DNA from: Paramicrosporidium saccamoebae KSL3
Taxonomy: Eukaryota > Fungi > Cryptomycota
Direction of reading: 5' to 3'
Length of the DNA stretch: 31,523 nucleotides
Assembly (NCBI GenBank): GCA_002794465.1
Contig: MTSL01000051.1
Coordinates: 1 to 31,523 of the forward strand
In this document: positions 1-10,610 of the stretch, one piece after another
Layout: every line of letters starts with the position of its first letter
How positions within the stretch are numbered: position 1 is the first letter of the stretch
Made by a program: the position numbers and the translations under genes
Notes under the pieces: model-generated
What the model was told of the DNA's origin: nothing
The model's input: only the letters and a program-made list of their open reading frames with translations
The model's database searches: none

Positions 1-2
1 CC

Positions 3-701
3 AACATTCAAATTTTGTTGCCATTTGTAAAGGCAACTATAGATTGCATTGATCCTGGAAACTATTCGCGTGTACTCGGACAGTTAAATGATACTCTCCC
101 GCCAGTTTCGATTGTTTGCCGCAAAGCCAGCAAATTTGTGCGAACCGTTGTCAATGCTGACTATTATGCTCCCTCAATTGGACCTTTCGATCTTTACCCC
201 CAAAATCCACCAGACCTTCACCCTTATTACTATTATGCCAGCGATATCCACCAGTTACCATTCTGCAAATATTGTCTAGTTGGACGAAACCGAAATTTGC
301 CAGGATCTCTTGTCACGAAAAAGACTGCAGTCTACTTTCTTCAGGGACTCTTTGACGTTCAAACACCATTCAATCTTGCAAAACAAGTCTTTGACTCAAT
401 AAAGGCTCCCTTCAAGGTATTTCAGCCATTTTATCGTCGTGGACACGGATTTTCTGGATGGGAAGAGGTTGAATACATTATTGCCGCAGTCTATGGACAG
501 TCCATGTCAACAGGACAACAACTTGACGAGAAGCTTGCAGATAAGCGACCCATGGAATGGGAATTTGCAGAAACTGATAATCTCTTGGGCAAACTGTGGG
601 GCTGCGTAAATGATGCACCACTGAACGAGCCTGTTCAGGGCAATTTTCCAAAGGCGGAAATGTACGGACAAGTAGTCTCATCGCTAGACAAATTAGCATA
701 A
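3..701 (+). CDS. Alpha/beta-hydrolase fold protein (TAP-like/proline-iminopeptidase-like), 5'-partial
   Basis: Frame is open back to the window edge. VYFLQGLFDVQTPFNLAKQVFDSIKAP...RRGHGF matches the acid-residue (QGxxD) and catalytic His (GH) region of alpha/beta hydrolases. The nucleophile motif is not in the window. Confidence 0.55.
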   Translation, partial: NIQILLPFVKATIDCIDPGNYSRVLGQLNDTLPPVSIVCRKASKFVRTVVNADYYAPSIGPFDLYPQNPPDLHPYYYYASDIHQLPFCKYCLVGRNRNLPGSLVTKKTAVYFLQGLFDVQTPFNLAKQVFDSIKAPFKVFQPFYRRGHGFSGWEEVEYIIAAVYGQSMSTGQQLDEKLADKRPMEWEFAETDNLLGKLWGCVNDAPLNEPVQGNFPKAEMYGQVVSSLDKLA

Positions 702-965
702 ACAGGTTGAGTTTATCATGTAACAACGCCATTGAAGGATAGGCCATCCCAAAATCCATAGTCCTTATAATAACGAGCTAGTCTTACTAGAGCGTGGTAG
801 ATCGATAGCAAAACTCTTTTATTTGGTAAAAGTCTAAAGCCAATTGGTACACTCCATCACGACATTTGTCCTAAAGCGCCACAGGCAGCCTTATTTTTCA
901 ATGCACCACTATTCTATTGGTGGGCTGACCTGGAAAAGTCTGCCACAACATTAATCACCCTCACA

Positions 966-1412
966 ATGATATTTGCCTGCTTCCGGACGCGCCGTAAGGG
1001 GTCTGATAATGCTCCCACCGATATTTCTCAAAGAACACGGGAGAAGACACCGATTACAGCAAAGACTCACACTAAAAGCCAGGTCAAGCCGACTACAGTG
1101 AAACTAGCGCCACGAACAGCCATTCTTCAAACACCAAAACAGGCCGTAGGAAATCGAATCACTGAAGCCACGAGCAGGCGTCGGCGTCCAACAATTGAGT
1201 TGCGAAGGGACCAAGCATCAATTGCCTCCTCTCCGCGCTCAATGAGAACTCCCTCAGTGGAGGAACCTGCCAAAGAGATTCCGGCTGAGGCTGTCCGACC
1301 GATTTCTCCGGTTGGAATGAGGCCAATTCTCAATTCTGGACAACACGATGAGCTGAGACAGGCTCTTGCCCGCCGAGCCGCCCTCCATGAGGCCAATCAA
1401 GCAGAGAAATAG
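966..1412 (+). CDS. Hypothetical basic, mostly disordered protein (148 aa)
   Basis: ATG-started ORF filling the gap between neighbouring genes, with an ATTGG box at 916-920. N-terminus is MIFACFRTRRK; there is a short C-terminal helix (HDELRQALARRAA). No family recognised. Confidence 0.55.
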   Translation: MIFACFRTRRKGSDNAPTDISQRTREKTPITAKTHTKSQVKPTTVKLAPRTAILQTPKQAVGNRITEATSRRRRPTIELRRDQASIASSPRSMRTPSVEEPAKEIPAEAVRPISPVGMRPILNSGQHDELRQALARRAALHEANQAEK

Positions 1413-1501
1413 AGTCTATTGCTATATTGTGACCATTATCGTGGCCATTATCTTGTCCTATTTACCATTTCTTGCACAAATTTCTCACATTCATCCATCC
1501 T

Positions 1502-1533
1502 GTTATCTCGTTATCTCGTCATCTTGTTATATT
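1502..1533. repeat. 8-bp tandem repeat (GTTATCTC) x4, degenerate
   Basis: gttatctc gttatctc gtcatctt gttatatt, between two convergent stop codons. Confidence 0.7.
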
Positions 1534-1600
1534 TACACATTACTATACTAATCGGTGGAGGAATAAAACTTATTGTATTATCACATCCTATTTACACTCG

Positions 1601-1929
<329 letters not shown>

Positions 1930-2045
1930 GCTGCCCGCACAGTCGATACAGCCGATTGGTCAGGCCGAGAGTCGAGTTTGTCAGAAAAGGCAATCGACAC
2001 CAATGCTGTCCAGATATATTCCTGCATATTGCGTCGACTGGGACG

Positions 2046-3047
2046 ATGAGGATCGTACCCATCCTCTACGGACTTTTGGGCTCGGGCTGGGCGACAGTAG
2101 CGTTGATAGATATAAAGAAATGTACACGCCAGGTGGTGCGAAAGGAATTCCGAGACATGAACACGACTGACTGGAACCGGTTTAAAGACGCACTGCTCAC
2201 GCTACAGACAACTCCAAGCCCGAACACCAACTACACCGAATGGGACGACTGGACACGAATCCACATTGACAATATGCACCTCGCACATGGCAGCAATCTC
2301 TTCTTCCCGTGGCATCGAGCATATGTGCTTGCTCTGGAGAACCGGTTGCAGCAGATTGATGCATCAATTGCAATTCCCTTCTGGGACTGGACATTTGACT
2401 GGGCGATTCCCCTCAATTCCCCCATCTTTTCTCCAGAATACGGTTTGGATGTGAAGCCAGGACCGTCTGGAGATTGTCGCTATCGCCGCCGGCTCTATGA
2501 GCCGCATTGTCTTGTTCGCGACTACAATGCATCCGAGGTTACTCCCTATTTTCCTCCAGAATCGGTCAGTGCGGTGATTTCATCCGAACGCAATTACACC
2601 TCCTTTCGTGAATTGATCGAGATGGTTCCCCATGGCCTAGTTCACACCAGTCTCGGCGGCGCCACTGGTGACATGTCCGAAATGAATAGTCCCAACGATC
2701 CCATCTTTTTTCTACACCACTCCATGGTGGACTATATTTGGTGGATTTGGCAGCAGACGACGGGTGGACGAATGGAAGAATATGGTGGCGATAAGAATCA
2801 AATATTGGAGCCATTTGGAGTGACGGTTAGCAATGTCATGGACGTCTCCAAACTGTGCTACACATATCAGCCATTTTCCCGCAATTATGCACTGATCCCC
2901 TCTGCCACAAAACTAAGAACTCGAAGAAGAGTCAGAAACGTGCGCATCTGGAAAGTCAGTCAAAGTTGGCTAGAAATGAACCATATCAGCCTCGAACGAC
3001 TTCAACAAATTGTGGATCGTTTTAATCGTCTTTCTGGTCGTCGCTAA
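2046..3047 (+). CDS. Secreted tyrosinase (type-3 di-copper oxidase), 333 aa
   Basis: Signal peptide MRIVPILYGLLGSGWATVA from the ATG at 2046; the ORF-track extension overlaps RBX1. CuA region H..AHGSNLFFPWHR and CuB region PHGLVH..SPNDPIFFLHH are present. Confidence 0.93.
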   Translation: MRIVPILYGLLGSGWATVALIDIKKCTRQVVRKEFRDMNTTDWNRFKDALLTLQTTPSPNTNYTEWDDWTRIHIDNMHLAHGSNLFFPWHRAYVLALENRLQQIDASIAIPFWDWTFDWAIPLNSPIFSPEYGLDVKPGPSGDCRYRRRLYEPHCLVRDYNASEVTPYFPPESVSAVISSERNYTSFRELIEMVPHGLVHTSLGGATGDMSEMNSPNDPIFFLHHSMVDYIWWIWQQTTGGRMEEYGGDKNQILEPFGVTVSNVMDVSKLCYTYQPFSRNYALIPSATKLRTRRRVRNVRIWKVSQSWLEMNHISLERLQQIVDRFNRLSGRR

Positions 3048-3127
3048 TAAAGGCCAAAAGCAAAATTTATAGTGTGTTATGTTTAATCCGCAAATCATAG
3101 TCTCGTAGTTTCGTAGTATCGTAGTCT

Positions 3128-3229
3128 CACAATCACATAATCTCCGTTCCACACAATCACATAATCTCCGTTCCACACAATCACATAATCCCCGTTCCAC
3201 ACAACCACATAATCTCCATTCCGCACAAT
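3128..3229. repeat. 24-bp tandem repeat x~4 (CACAATCACATAATCTCCGTTCCA)
   Basis: Direct head-to-tail copies with no spacers, between the tyrosinase and ACLY stop codons. Confidence 0.9.
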
Positions 3230-3239
3230 TTCCTTTCAT

Positions 3240-6200
3240 CTAGTTCTCGTAGCGGGGCTGGTCAGGGAGATTTGGATTCAAGTAGGAAATGTCATCCCAG
3301 GGGTGACGGTACAGACCTTGCTTCAATCGCTTTTGGTCTAGGTAATGTCCAATAAAACCAATAGATCTTCCTAGCACAAAGAGCCCATTCATGGCACCGA
3401 TGCGAACATATTCGTCTGCTTCAGCACGGGTGAATGCGCCAGAGTTGCGAAGGAGATCTACAAAAAGAACCGCAGTGGCACCATCGACATTTAAAATCAA
3501 GTTGTCCTTCTTGGCAGTCGTCAGGTTCTCCACCTGAAGGGCATATTCCAAGAGAGGAGTGGTGGGGAAATTCTTCTTTGCAAAATCCTTCAAAATGGTC
3601 ACTCGCAGATCAGGATTAGTGCGCGACTTTATGCGATGTCCAATGCCCATGATAAGTTTGTGTTGTTTTCGCATCGTCTCCACAAAGTCATTCGGCGTCA
3701 ATCCTTGGTCATAGGCGGCAGTGAATTGTTCAGCCGCTCCATCGAGGGCACCTCCAAAGCGCTCCCCAATGGTCAACAATCCTGACGCCAGGGAGGAGAC
3801 AAGATCCTTTCCAGCACGCGCTGCCACAATGGTGTTGTGGGCACCAGACACGGCAGGACCATGATCGGCAGTGAGCATGAGAACCATTTCAATAAACTTG
3901 CAGGCATAGTCGGGTAATCTTCGACGGAACCATAGGAGACTGAGCACTCCTCCAATCCCAATTTCATCCTTAAATACCGCCGAAATGGGCATTCCCGCAT
4001 ACAGCAGCTCTTGGCCGCGATCATCACAAATTGTCGACACGAATTGAGCCGGCTTGCGGATGAGTCCAAGTTCTTGGGCCCAGGCATAATCGATGGGAAC
4101 TTTGGGCATTTCGGGTTCCGGTTCGGGGACAATAACTCCCTGCTTCACCAGAGCCAAATAGGTTTCCTCAATGGCTGATGGGAGCAATTCAAATGAGTCT
4201 GGAACAACCGCCCCCGATTCCTTCAGTGCAAGATTCTTAGAGGTGGCCGTCTCTCTATCACTGTTCGCACAAGCACCAGCATGGCCAAATTGCACCTAAA
4301 ATCAAAACCATCCCCAACTCTTACTTCAGTGGCAAACATGCGAGCGCAAACTCCAATGCACCAGGCAATCACAGGCTTGGTGACTTGACCGCTCTTGATG
4401 GCCTCACACAGACTGTACTCTTCAGTACCGCCCACCTCTCCCAAAAGAACAATCATCTTACAGCGCGCATCCTCCTCAAATCTCTTAATATGGTCTAAAA
4501 ATGTAGATCCTGGATAACGATCGCCTCCAATAGCAACCCCCTCCAGCACACCATTGGTCGTACGTGCAATGATATTATTCAGCTCGTTGGACATTCCACC
4601 ACTTTTAGACACATAACAAACTGAGCCGGGACGGTGGAGACGACTGCTAATGATATTGTCAATCATACCACCAGTGTTTCCAATCTTAAAAGCACCGGCA
4701 CGCAGTCCGCCAACCGTAGCGGGCCCAATTATAGAAACGTTGGCCCTCTTTGCACGCTCATTAATACGCTTTGTGTGACGCTCAGGGACACCTTCCGCAA
4801 TAATGGCAATAGTCTTGATCTGTGCACACTTTTCTATAATCTCAAAGCAGGACTCTGGCACTGAGCGACACGATGCAAAATTGACCACAACATCGACATC
4901 CGGGTGACGTTCACACGCTTCGCCCATCTTAGAATATACCGGCACTAAGATTTCTTTGGTTCCCCAGTAAAACTTCATCACATGATCACCACCAAACGGA
5001 TAGATCAGGGCTGCAACTGATGGCGTCTTGCGTTTGCAGATGTAATCAAAGTCAAGCATTCCCTGGACCGCTCGTTGCTGCATTCCAAAAACAAAGGATC
5101 GAGTGTCCTTGTCAAACAATTGATACTCGCCTCGCGGCTCAGCACTCGCTGTCGACTCTAAAGTACTGACAGCACTGCATGTTCTCTTGATAGGGCTACT
5201 GGATCGAGATCCATTGCCGTTGCTGTTGCTGTTTGGTTGGATGATAAGCTGATCAATAATGTTAAATTCGCCCTTGAGACCAACTGCATCGGCTGGAGGA
5301 GTATGGACACAATTGTCTGGTTTCAAGGCCATTGGAACAATGGCGGTAATATGAGTATCTGGACCAAAGACATGGATGGGAACCCCGAGGACATCGCCCA
5401 ATTCGCGCATCATCTTAAGACCTTCTTGGTAATTAGGACCACCACGACGGACATAGATGGAAATGCCATGCTGAATCAGACGATGGCGATATTCTTGCAA
5501 TGCTCGGATGATTCCCTGGAAAGTGGTGGCTACATTTGTAAAATTGGCAATTCCACCGCCAATGAACAGAATCTTTCCGAGAGGGTGCAGAGTTCCGCGG
5601 GTCATTAGATCCAAAATCGTCTTGGAGTATTCATACGTCTGGGTTTCGCTGGGGGCACCAGAGTATTCTCCATAGTTTGCCAGTTCATGCGCCATCCCCA
5701 TGCCTGCAATTGCGTCACTGTACGCAACAGACGCTCCACCACCAGCCACCATTGTCCAAATTCGTCCATCCTTATTCAGAATGGTTAGCTTTAGACTAGC
5801 GCCAGTCTTAGAGTCCAACTCGGCCACATATGCCTCTTCGGGTGTCATTTCGCGACCAAACGGAGCAGGAAATTCAACCGCAACCCCGTTAACATTCCAC
5901 TTTTTGCTGCATTCATACTCGGCAGTCTGATCAAGCTTTGCGGCCATGTCCATAATAAACACCTTTTCATCCACCACAACCAACGGGTTAATCTCCAAAT
6001 ATGTAAAGTGCAGATTCGCAAAGGTCTTGAAGAGGTTCAGGATGAAGCTAGAGACAATCAACGTCTTTGTCTTGGGCAAGGTTGTTTGTTTGACCATCTC
6101 TTCAATTTGCTCAATAGATGGAACTGTATCGATGGGAACTTCCAGTCGCTTTGCCTTGGCATCAACATTTCCCACATCAACTCCACCCTCTGCACAAAAC

Positions 6201-6721
6201 ATAATCTCATCCCCATTCTTGGTAGATTGTATACAAACATAATATTCGTCCAGGCCAGCATGGGGAACAAAGGGCTCAATGATAAAGTTTTTCAGACTGC
6301 CGCTCACTCCATCCGCCTCAATGTGATCTCCGGCCTTTGTTAACATCCACTCGCAGGCCTTTTTCCAGTCCGCATTCAGGAGAAGCAGTCCGGCCTTGCC
6401 TCGACGCTTAATCAACTGGTCAGGCTTTACCACGAGTGGTGTGCTCATGAGCCATGGATTCTCCTGCTCCACCCGCACCAGCGTCTTCTCCAACTGCTGT
6501 CTCACCTCGGCAGGTGAAAGCATTCCCGGCTCAAGCGTAGAATCACTGAGGGGTGTTGCCGGGTCCAGCGTTGCCACAGCCGCCGGTGTTATTCCAGGCG
6601 TAGTTAGCTGCACTTTTACCTGAGCAACACGCACCGGCTCAACGCTTCCGGCCAAGAGACTCCCAATATGTGCTCCCACCAGTCGCTTTCCGTCAAATTC
6701 TCTGATTGCACGAGCCGACAT
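3240..6721 (-). CDS. ACLY: ATP-citrate lyase, single-polypeptide type, 1150 aa; exons 4325-6721 and 3240-4295
   Basis: [46 protein letters not shown] and [11 protein letters not shown] 29-nt intron (4296-4324, GTAAGA...TTTTAG) joins MFATE to VQFGHAG (phospho-His). The citryl-CoA lyase domain ([14 protein letters not shown]) follows. Confidence 0.97.
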
Positions 6722-6787
6722 GAAAAGTTAGTGCCGAATGTTGCGTTATCTATACAAGTCCAGCCAATCATCGTAACAGATAAATTA

Positions 6788-6912
6788 CCTGTCATTATAC
6801 CGGTGTCATTATACCTGCCATTATACTTGTCATTATACCGGCATCATTATACCTATCATTATATCGCTCATTATATCACCCATTATACCTATCATTATAT
6901 CACTCATTATAA
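6788..6912. repeat. ~12-bp degenerate tandem repeat with CATTATA core x10
   Basis: Ten CATTATA cores spaced 12 nt apart (twice 14 nt), between the PHO88 stop and the ACLY start. Confidence 0.85.
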
Positions 6913-6969
6913 CGTCTACCACTATGGAAATGGATTTTATAGATTGATTGGAACACAATAAACGCGAGC

Positions 6970-7593
6970 TTAATCTTCCTTGCGGCCTCCCTTCTTCTTT
7001 CCTTTGGCTGCAGTCTTTGGCGACTTGTCGTCCTCAATTTCCCGAGTCTCTTCCGTATCGGGTTCAGCAGTCTGCTCCTGGGTAAACTCGGCAAAAGGAT
7101 TGGGCTGTTTGAATGGTCTCTTAAGAGCACCGGTGGCGGGGAATCCGAAAAGGTGGATTTGAATCAGCGGCTGGGCAACAACAGACTTCCATGGCAGAAG
7201 AATTTGTAGGAAGAGCGGCTGAACCATACCAAACCAAAAGTGAAGCACCAGCATTATGACGGTTCCAATAATGACCTGCTGCAGCTGCTTTCCTGCCTCC
7301 ATAGTATCATACTCTAGCACGGTCATTTTCCTCGTCTTTGCTGGTTCACCACTAAAGGGCGTAGCTGGCTCCTCAACCTCGACCATATCTCCATTCTTCT
7401 TGCCACTCTTGCACCGGGTGCGGATATAGTTCCACAAAAGCAGCATGAGCATCTGGGAGGTTATATATCCCATGCGAAGGAGATTAATGGTCCGTGGGTT
7501 GGTCATGTCCACAAAACGGAGCAGTTGGATGGAGCCAAACACCATCGCCATTGTGACGAGGGGAGAGTTGAGGGTGCTTAACGAGACGGCCAT
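6970..7593 (-). CDS. PHO88: Pho88/SND3 family ER membrane protein (SRP-independent targeting)
   Basis: MTVLEYD..QLQQVIIGTVIMLVLHFWFGMVQPLFLQILLP..PLIQIHLFGFPATGALKRPFK. ATG at 7593; the ORF track starts at an upstream TTG. Confidence 0.88.
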   Translation of the reverse strand: MAVSLSTLNSPLVTMAMVFGSIQLLRFVDMTNPRTINLLRMGYITSQMLMLLLWNYIRTRCKSGKKNGDMVEVEEPATPFSGEPAKTRKMTVLEYDTMEAGKQLQQVIIGTVIMLVLHFWFGMVQPLFLQILLPWKSVVAQPLIQIHLFGFPATGALKRPFKQPNPFAEFTQEQTAEPDTEETREIEDDKSPKTAAKGKKKGGRKED

Positions 7594-7674
7594 GATGGTA
7601 TGGGAGGCCCGGGGGTGCACCAAGGTTACTTATCGCTCTATTAATAGACACGTCACCTATTACTATATACAGTT

Positions 7675-8359
7675 TTAACAATCCTCAAGGGATAAACCAT
7701 GAATCCTCTGCGAACATCCCGGAGTGGAACTCCTCGAAATATCCAGTAGCTTGGGGGGTGTCTCCAAGATGACTGTCGAATCTATAACCTTTTTCTTCCG
7801 AGGCGTGACTGGTTTCGGTGGGGCCATCCTTGGGCTCTTGGTCTGGCTGGGACTGTCACGATCCATCTCTACATGGAATCGTTGATCAATCAAGTTGGTC
7901 CCACCACTTTGTCTTAATGATAGACGTCTCTGCAAAATTAGCACTAGTCATCAGATTGCCGAACCTTTTTGCTGGGAGTTTCAGTCTTTCCAGCAGCCAC
8001 AAGGGAAGCCTTGCAATCATTTAGAGGCCACAAAGTCTCATGTCCGTCCGATTCCTCTCCATCCAGTCCCAATATCTCCAACACCTCCTCTCCCCTTCCC
8101 CCCAGCACCCGCAGCCACTTGACAAAAGTCTCGGGAATGGCCACGTCAACACTGTAATGTACTGCGAGCTCTTCGCAATCATCCTCAAATCCCTCCAACG
8201 GGGCCATTATCCCCAGCAAGAGACGTGTTTCCAGGATTCGCGCCTTGCGACTACTCTCCTCACCCACTGCACTGTCGAGTTCAAAGACGTTCTCTTTGAG
8301 AAAATCTGCAGCCTAAAATGTCAAATCCTGACTAGAGGAAATACAGATTGTCTAACCAT
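7675..8359 (-). CDS. Unknown 205-aa protein with several S/T-P sites; exons 8345-8359, 7965-8312, 7675-7929
   Basis: Two introns join three frames without a stop: 8313-8344 (32 nt, GTATTT..TTTTAG) and 7930-7964 (35 nt, GTTCGG..GCTAAT..GCAG). Product: MVRQSAADFLKENVFELDSAVGEE...TPSKKRRLSLRQ...EDC*. Confidence 0.7.
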
Positions 8360-8566
8360 AGAATTATGCAGATAATCAATGACACAATATTCACTCCCGG
8401 GAGTCTAAAGTTTCAGAACCACTCTACTTATACTGCTAGGGCGGTGTGACGATACAAGTCAATGATTTGAAGTCGGCTACACTGCTCCCACCATGACGCG
8501 CCACTGCATAACATTAAAGGTGCGCGAGGGTATATTATATTTATGGGCCAGGGATCCGTTGTGAAT

Positions 8567-8668
8567 GAGCATATCGTGGATTAATTGTGTGTGAGCATAT
8601 CGTGGATTAATTTTGTGTGAGCATATCGTGGATTAATTGTGGTGAACATGTCGTGGATTCATGGTGAG
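8567..8668. repeat. 26-bp tandem repeat x3 plus a degenerate 4th copy (GAGCATATCGTGGATTAATTGTGTGT)
   Basis: Head-to-tail copies about 170 bp downstream of the PARN stop. Confidence 0.9.
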
Positions 8669-8838
8669 TAAGTATATCATGGATCCAACATTCAAAGGAA
8701 TTGACTACAAGTCTTACTCGGACCTTTGCAAGAATTGACCTGCTACTACGCTTTATTATTAATAGTTTATTCTGTAATGCTTCATGTGTAACAGTCAATA
8801 CTAAGTACTCACTAGTCAATAACCAATACTACTCACTA

Positions 8839-10419
8839 TTACGAGTGATTGGGTCGGGGACGCTTGGAAGGAGTCTCTTCAGCAATCTGTTTCCAAGACG
8901 AATACGACATGCATCTAAGCGTAACATCTCCATCGGCTGTCTCTAGCGTTACAGTTGCGGCTGAGGGAGTAAAGCCCTCGCATGCAATATAAACGGTTCG
9001 ACTGTCAGCCCAGTACAGCATAGTTTTGGACCGCTCGGCTCCAAGCTTTACTGCCGCATCCAGCACTTGGGAAGCGCCAACAGAGAAAGCCAAATCAGTC
9101 AAAACGTGCAAATGGTCTCGATCGGGATAACTCTGCTCTCCAGGTCCGGCAAGGACTACACTTTCCACATCGCTCTGCATCATAAATATGCGGTTTGAGA
9201 GCTCTTGCTCCATCAGAGTGGCCAGTGATTCTGGCAAGGACTTTGAATTTTCTTTAGCCAGGATACTTGCCACACCAACCAGCACTTTGCCAGTGCAATG
9301 AGCGTCAAAGCCAGCATCATGGAAACTTTGCTTCCCCTGATTCTTTGTCTTTCCTCCATCGACACGGACTTTAACGCCCCAGACCGACGGGTCGTCCGCG
9401 CAAGTCGCCAATTGCTCCAACGAGGTGCCCGGTACAGTCAAAAGGCTGCGGCCAACAAGATGTGTAGCGAGAAATTTAGTGTCCAAGAGAGGCGCATTAA
9501 AGTGCTTTGCAAAGACTTCCTTGAATCCGTTCCAGTCAAGAGGGAGCGGGCCAATGAATTTCTGGTAAATGTGGCACAGATCCAGCCAACAATTGTGGCC
9601 CACCAAGGGCTTCTTCTGAGCCAAGATGAAATCGAAAATACGTCGAAATCCAATCTGCTCCACAATGTTCTTCTCAAACTCTGCAATCTCGTCATCAAGC
9701 GCCTTTTTGCGTTCCTCGACATTATGCAACACCACCGAGACGCAAGTATCGCCATTGGCATCAGTTGCCTTTTTGACTATCAATGCTTCTCCAAACTCTT
9801 TTGGCAGGTACTGATACAGTAGCAAACGCTGGAAAGAATTGCAGGCAGGGAATACTAATGGCTCGCTGTGGCCTTGACTTATCCATGCTCTCACATTTTC
9901 CATGGCTTCCTTTAGGAACATTTTGTCCTCCTCTTTCATATTAATTTCCTTGTCGCTCTTGGAAATCTGACCTTGTTTTGCACGCAAGTCTGCCTCTTCT
10001 CGTAGCGACAAGTACGAAATTCCATCTAAAAACGTCTTGTTGAAATCAAAACCGTGTTCTCGGAGGAAGGAAATGGCACTGAGCTGAACTGTCCAGCGTC
10101 GGTAGTCATTTCCGCCAGTCGACACTGACGGGAACAAGTGAAACGACCAACTTGTGGTCGTATACTTGTCTCCATTACCAGACTTTTTATGCTTGAACGC
10201 ACTCAGACCAATTTGCAACATTCCGAAACTAGTGCCACTATCCCGTAATTTTCGGTACCGGTCGCGAATGTCGTCATAGTAAAAGTATTTACTCTGAGGA
10301 CCTGTAGTAAGTCCCGTCAATTCCGTGTCGAATGCAATAAAATCCGCATCTTTGATGTGATGGAGGATAGATGGAAGTAATGAAGAAAAGTTGCTTCTTG
10401 TAACTACTGTAACCACCAT
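8839..10419 (-). CDS. PARN: Poly(A)-specific ribonuclease, PARN-like (CAF1/DEDD nuclease + R3H + RRM-like domain)
   Basis: DEDD motifs IAFDTELTGL, VGHNCWLDL and HDAGFDA; R3H-like CNSFQRLLLYQ; RRM-like RDHLHVL...YWADSRTVYI; C-terminal basic KRPR. ATG at 10419. Confidence 0.85.
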   Translation of the reverse strand: MVVTVVTRSNFSSLLPSILHHIKDADFIAFDTELTGLTTGPQSKYFYYDDIRDRYRKLRDSGTSFGMLQIGLSAFKHKKSGNGDKYTTTSWSFHLFPSVSTGGNDYRRWTVQLSAISFLREHGFDFNKTFLDGISYLSLREEADLRAKQGQISKSDKEINMKEEDKMFLKEAMENVRAWISQGHSEPLVFPACNSFQRLLLYQYLPKEFGEALIVKKATDANGDTCVSVVLHNVEERKKALDDEIAEFEKNIVEQIGFRRIFDFILAQKKPLVGHNCWLDLCHIYQKFIGPLPLDWNGFKEVFAKHFNAPLLDTKFLATHLVGRSLLTVPGTSLEQLATCADDPSVWGVKVRVDGGKTKNQGKQSFHDAGFDAHCTGKVLVGVASILAKENSKSLPESLATLMEQELSNRIFMMQSDVESVVLAGPGEQSYPDRDHLHVLTDLAFSVGASQVLDAAVKLGAERSKTMLYWADSRTVYIACEGFTPSAATVTLETADGDVTLRCMSYSSWKQIAEETPSKRPRPNHS

Positions 10420-10610
10420 GAGTAGCACCCTAGCATCAAGTCGGAAATAGATTCGACACTGTATCATTATTTAATGTCATTCCATGTCATGAATAGGCGT
10501 CTCTATCATCATAACACTACATCATCTTGAACAAGTTTGTCGCCATCACACTCCCCCCCCCACACACACCATAATTCACTCGTCAAGTCTCTTTATTTAC
10601 AACTTACAAC

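Noticed and set aside
3128-8668. 24-bp and 26-bp direct repeats considered as CRISPR arrays
   Set aside because: Copies are head to tail with no unique spacers, no cas genes are present, and the context is eukaryotic.
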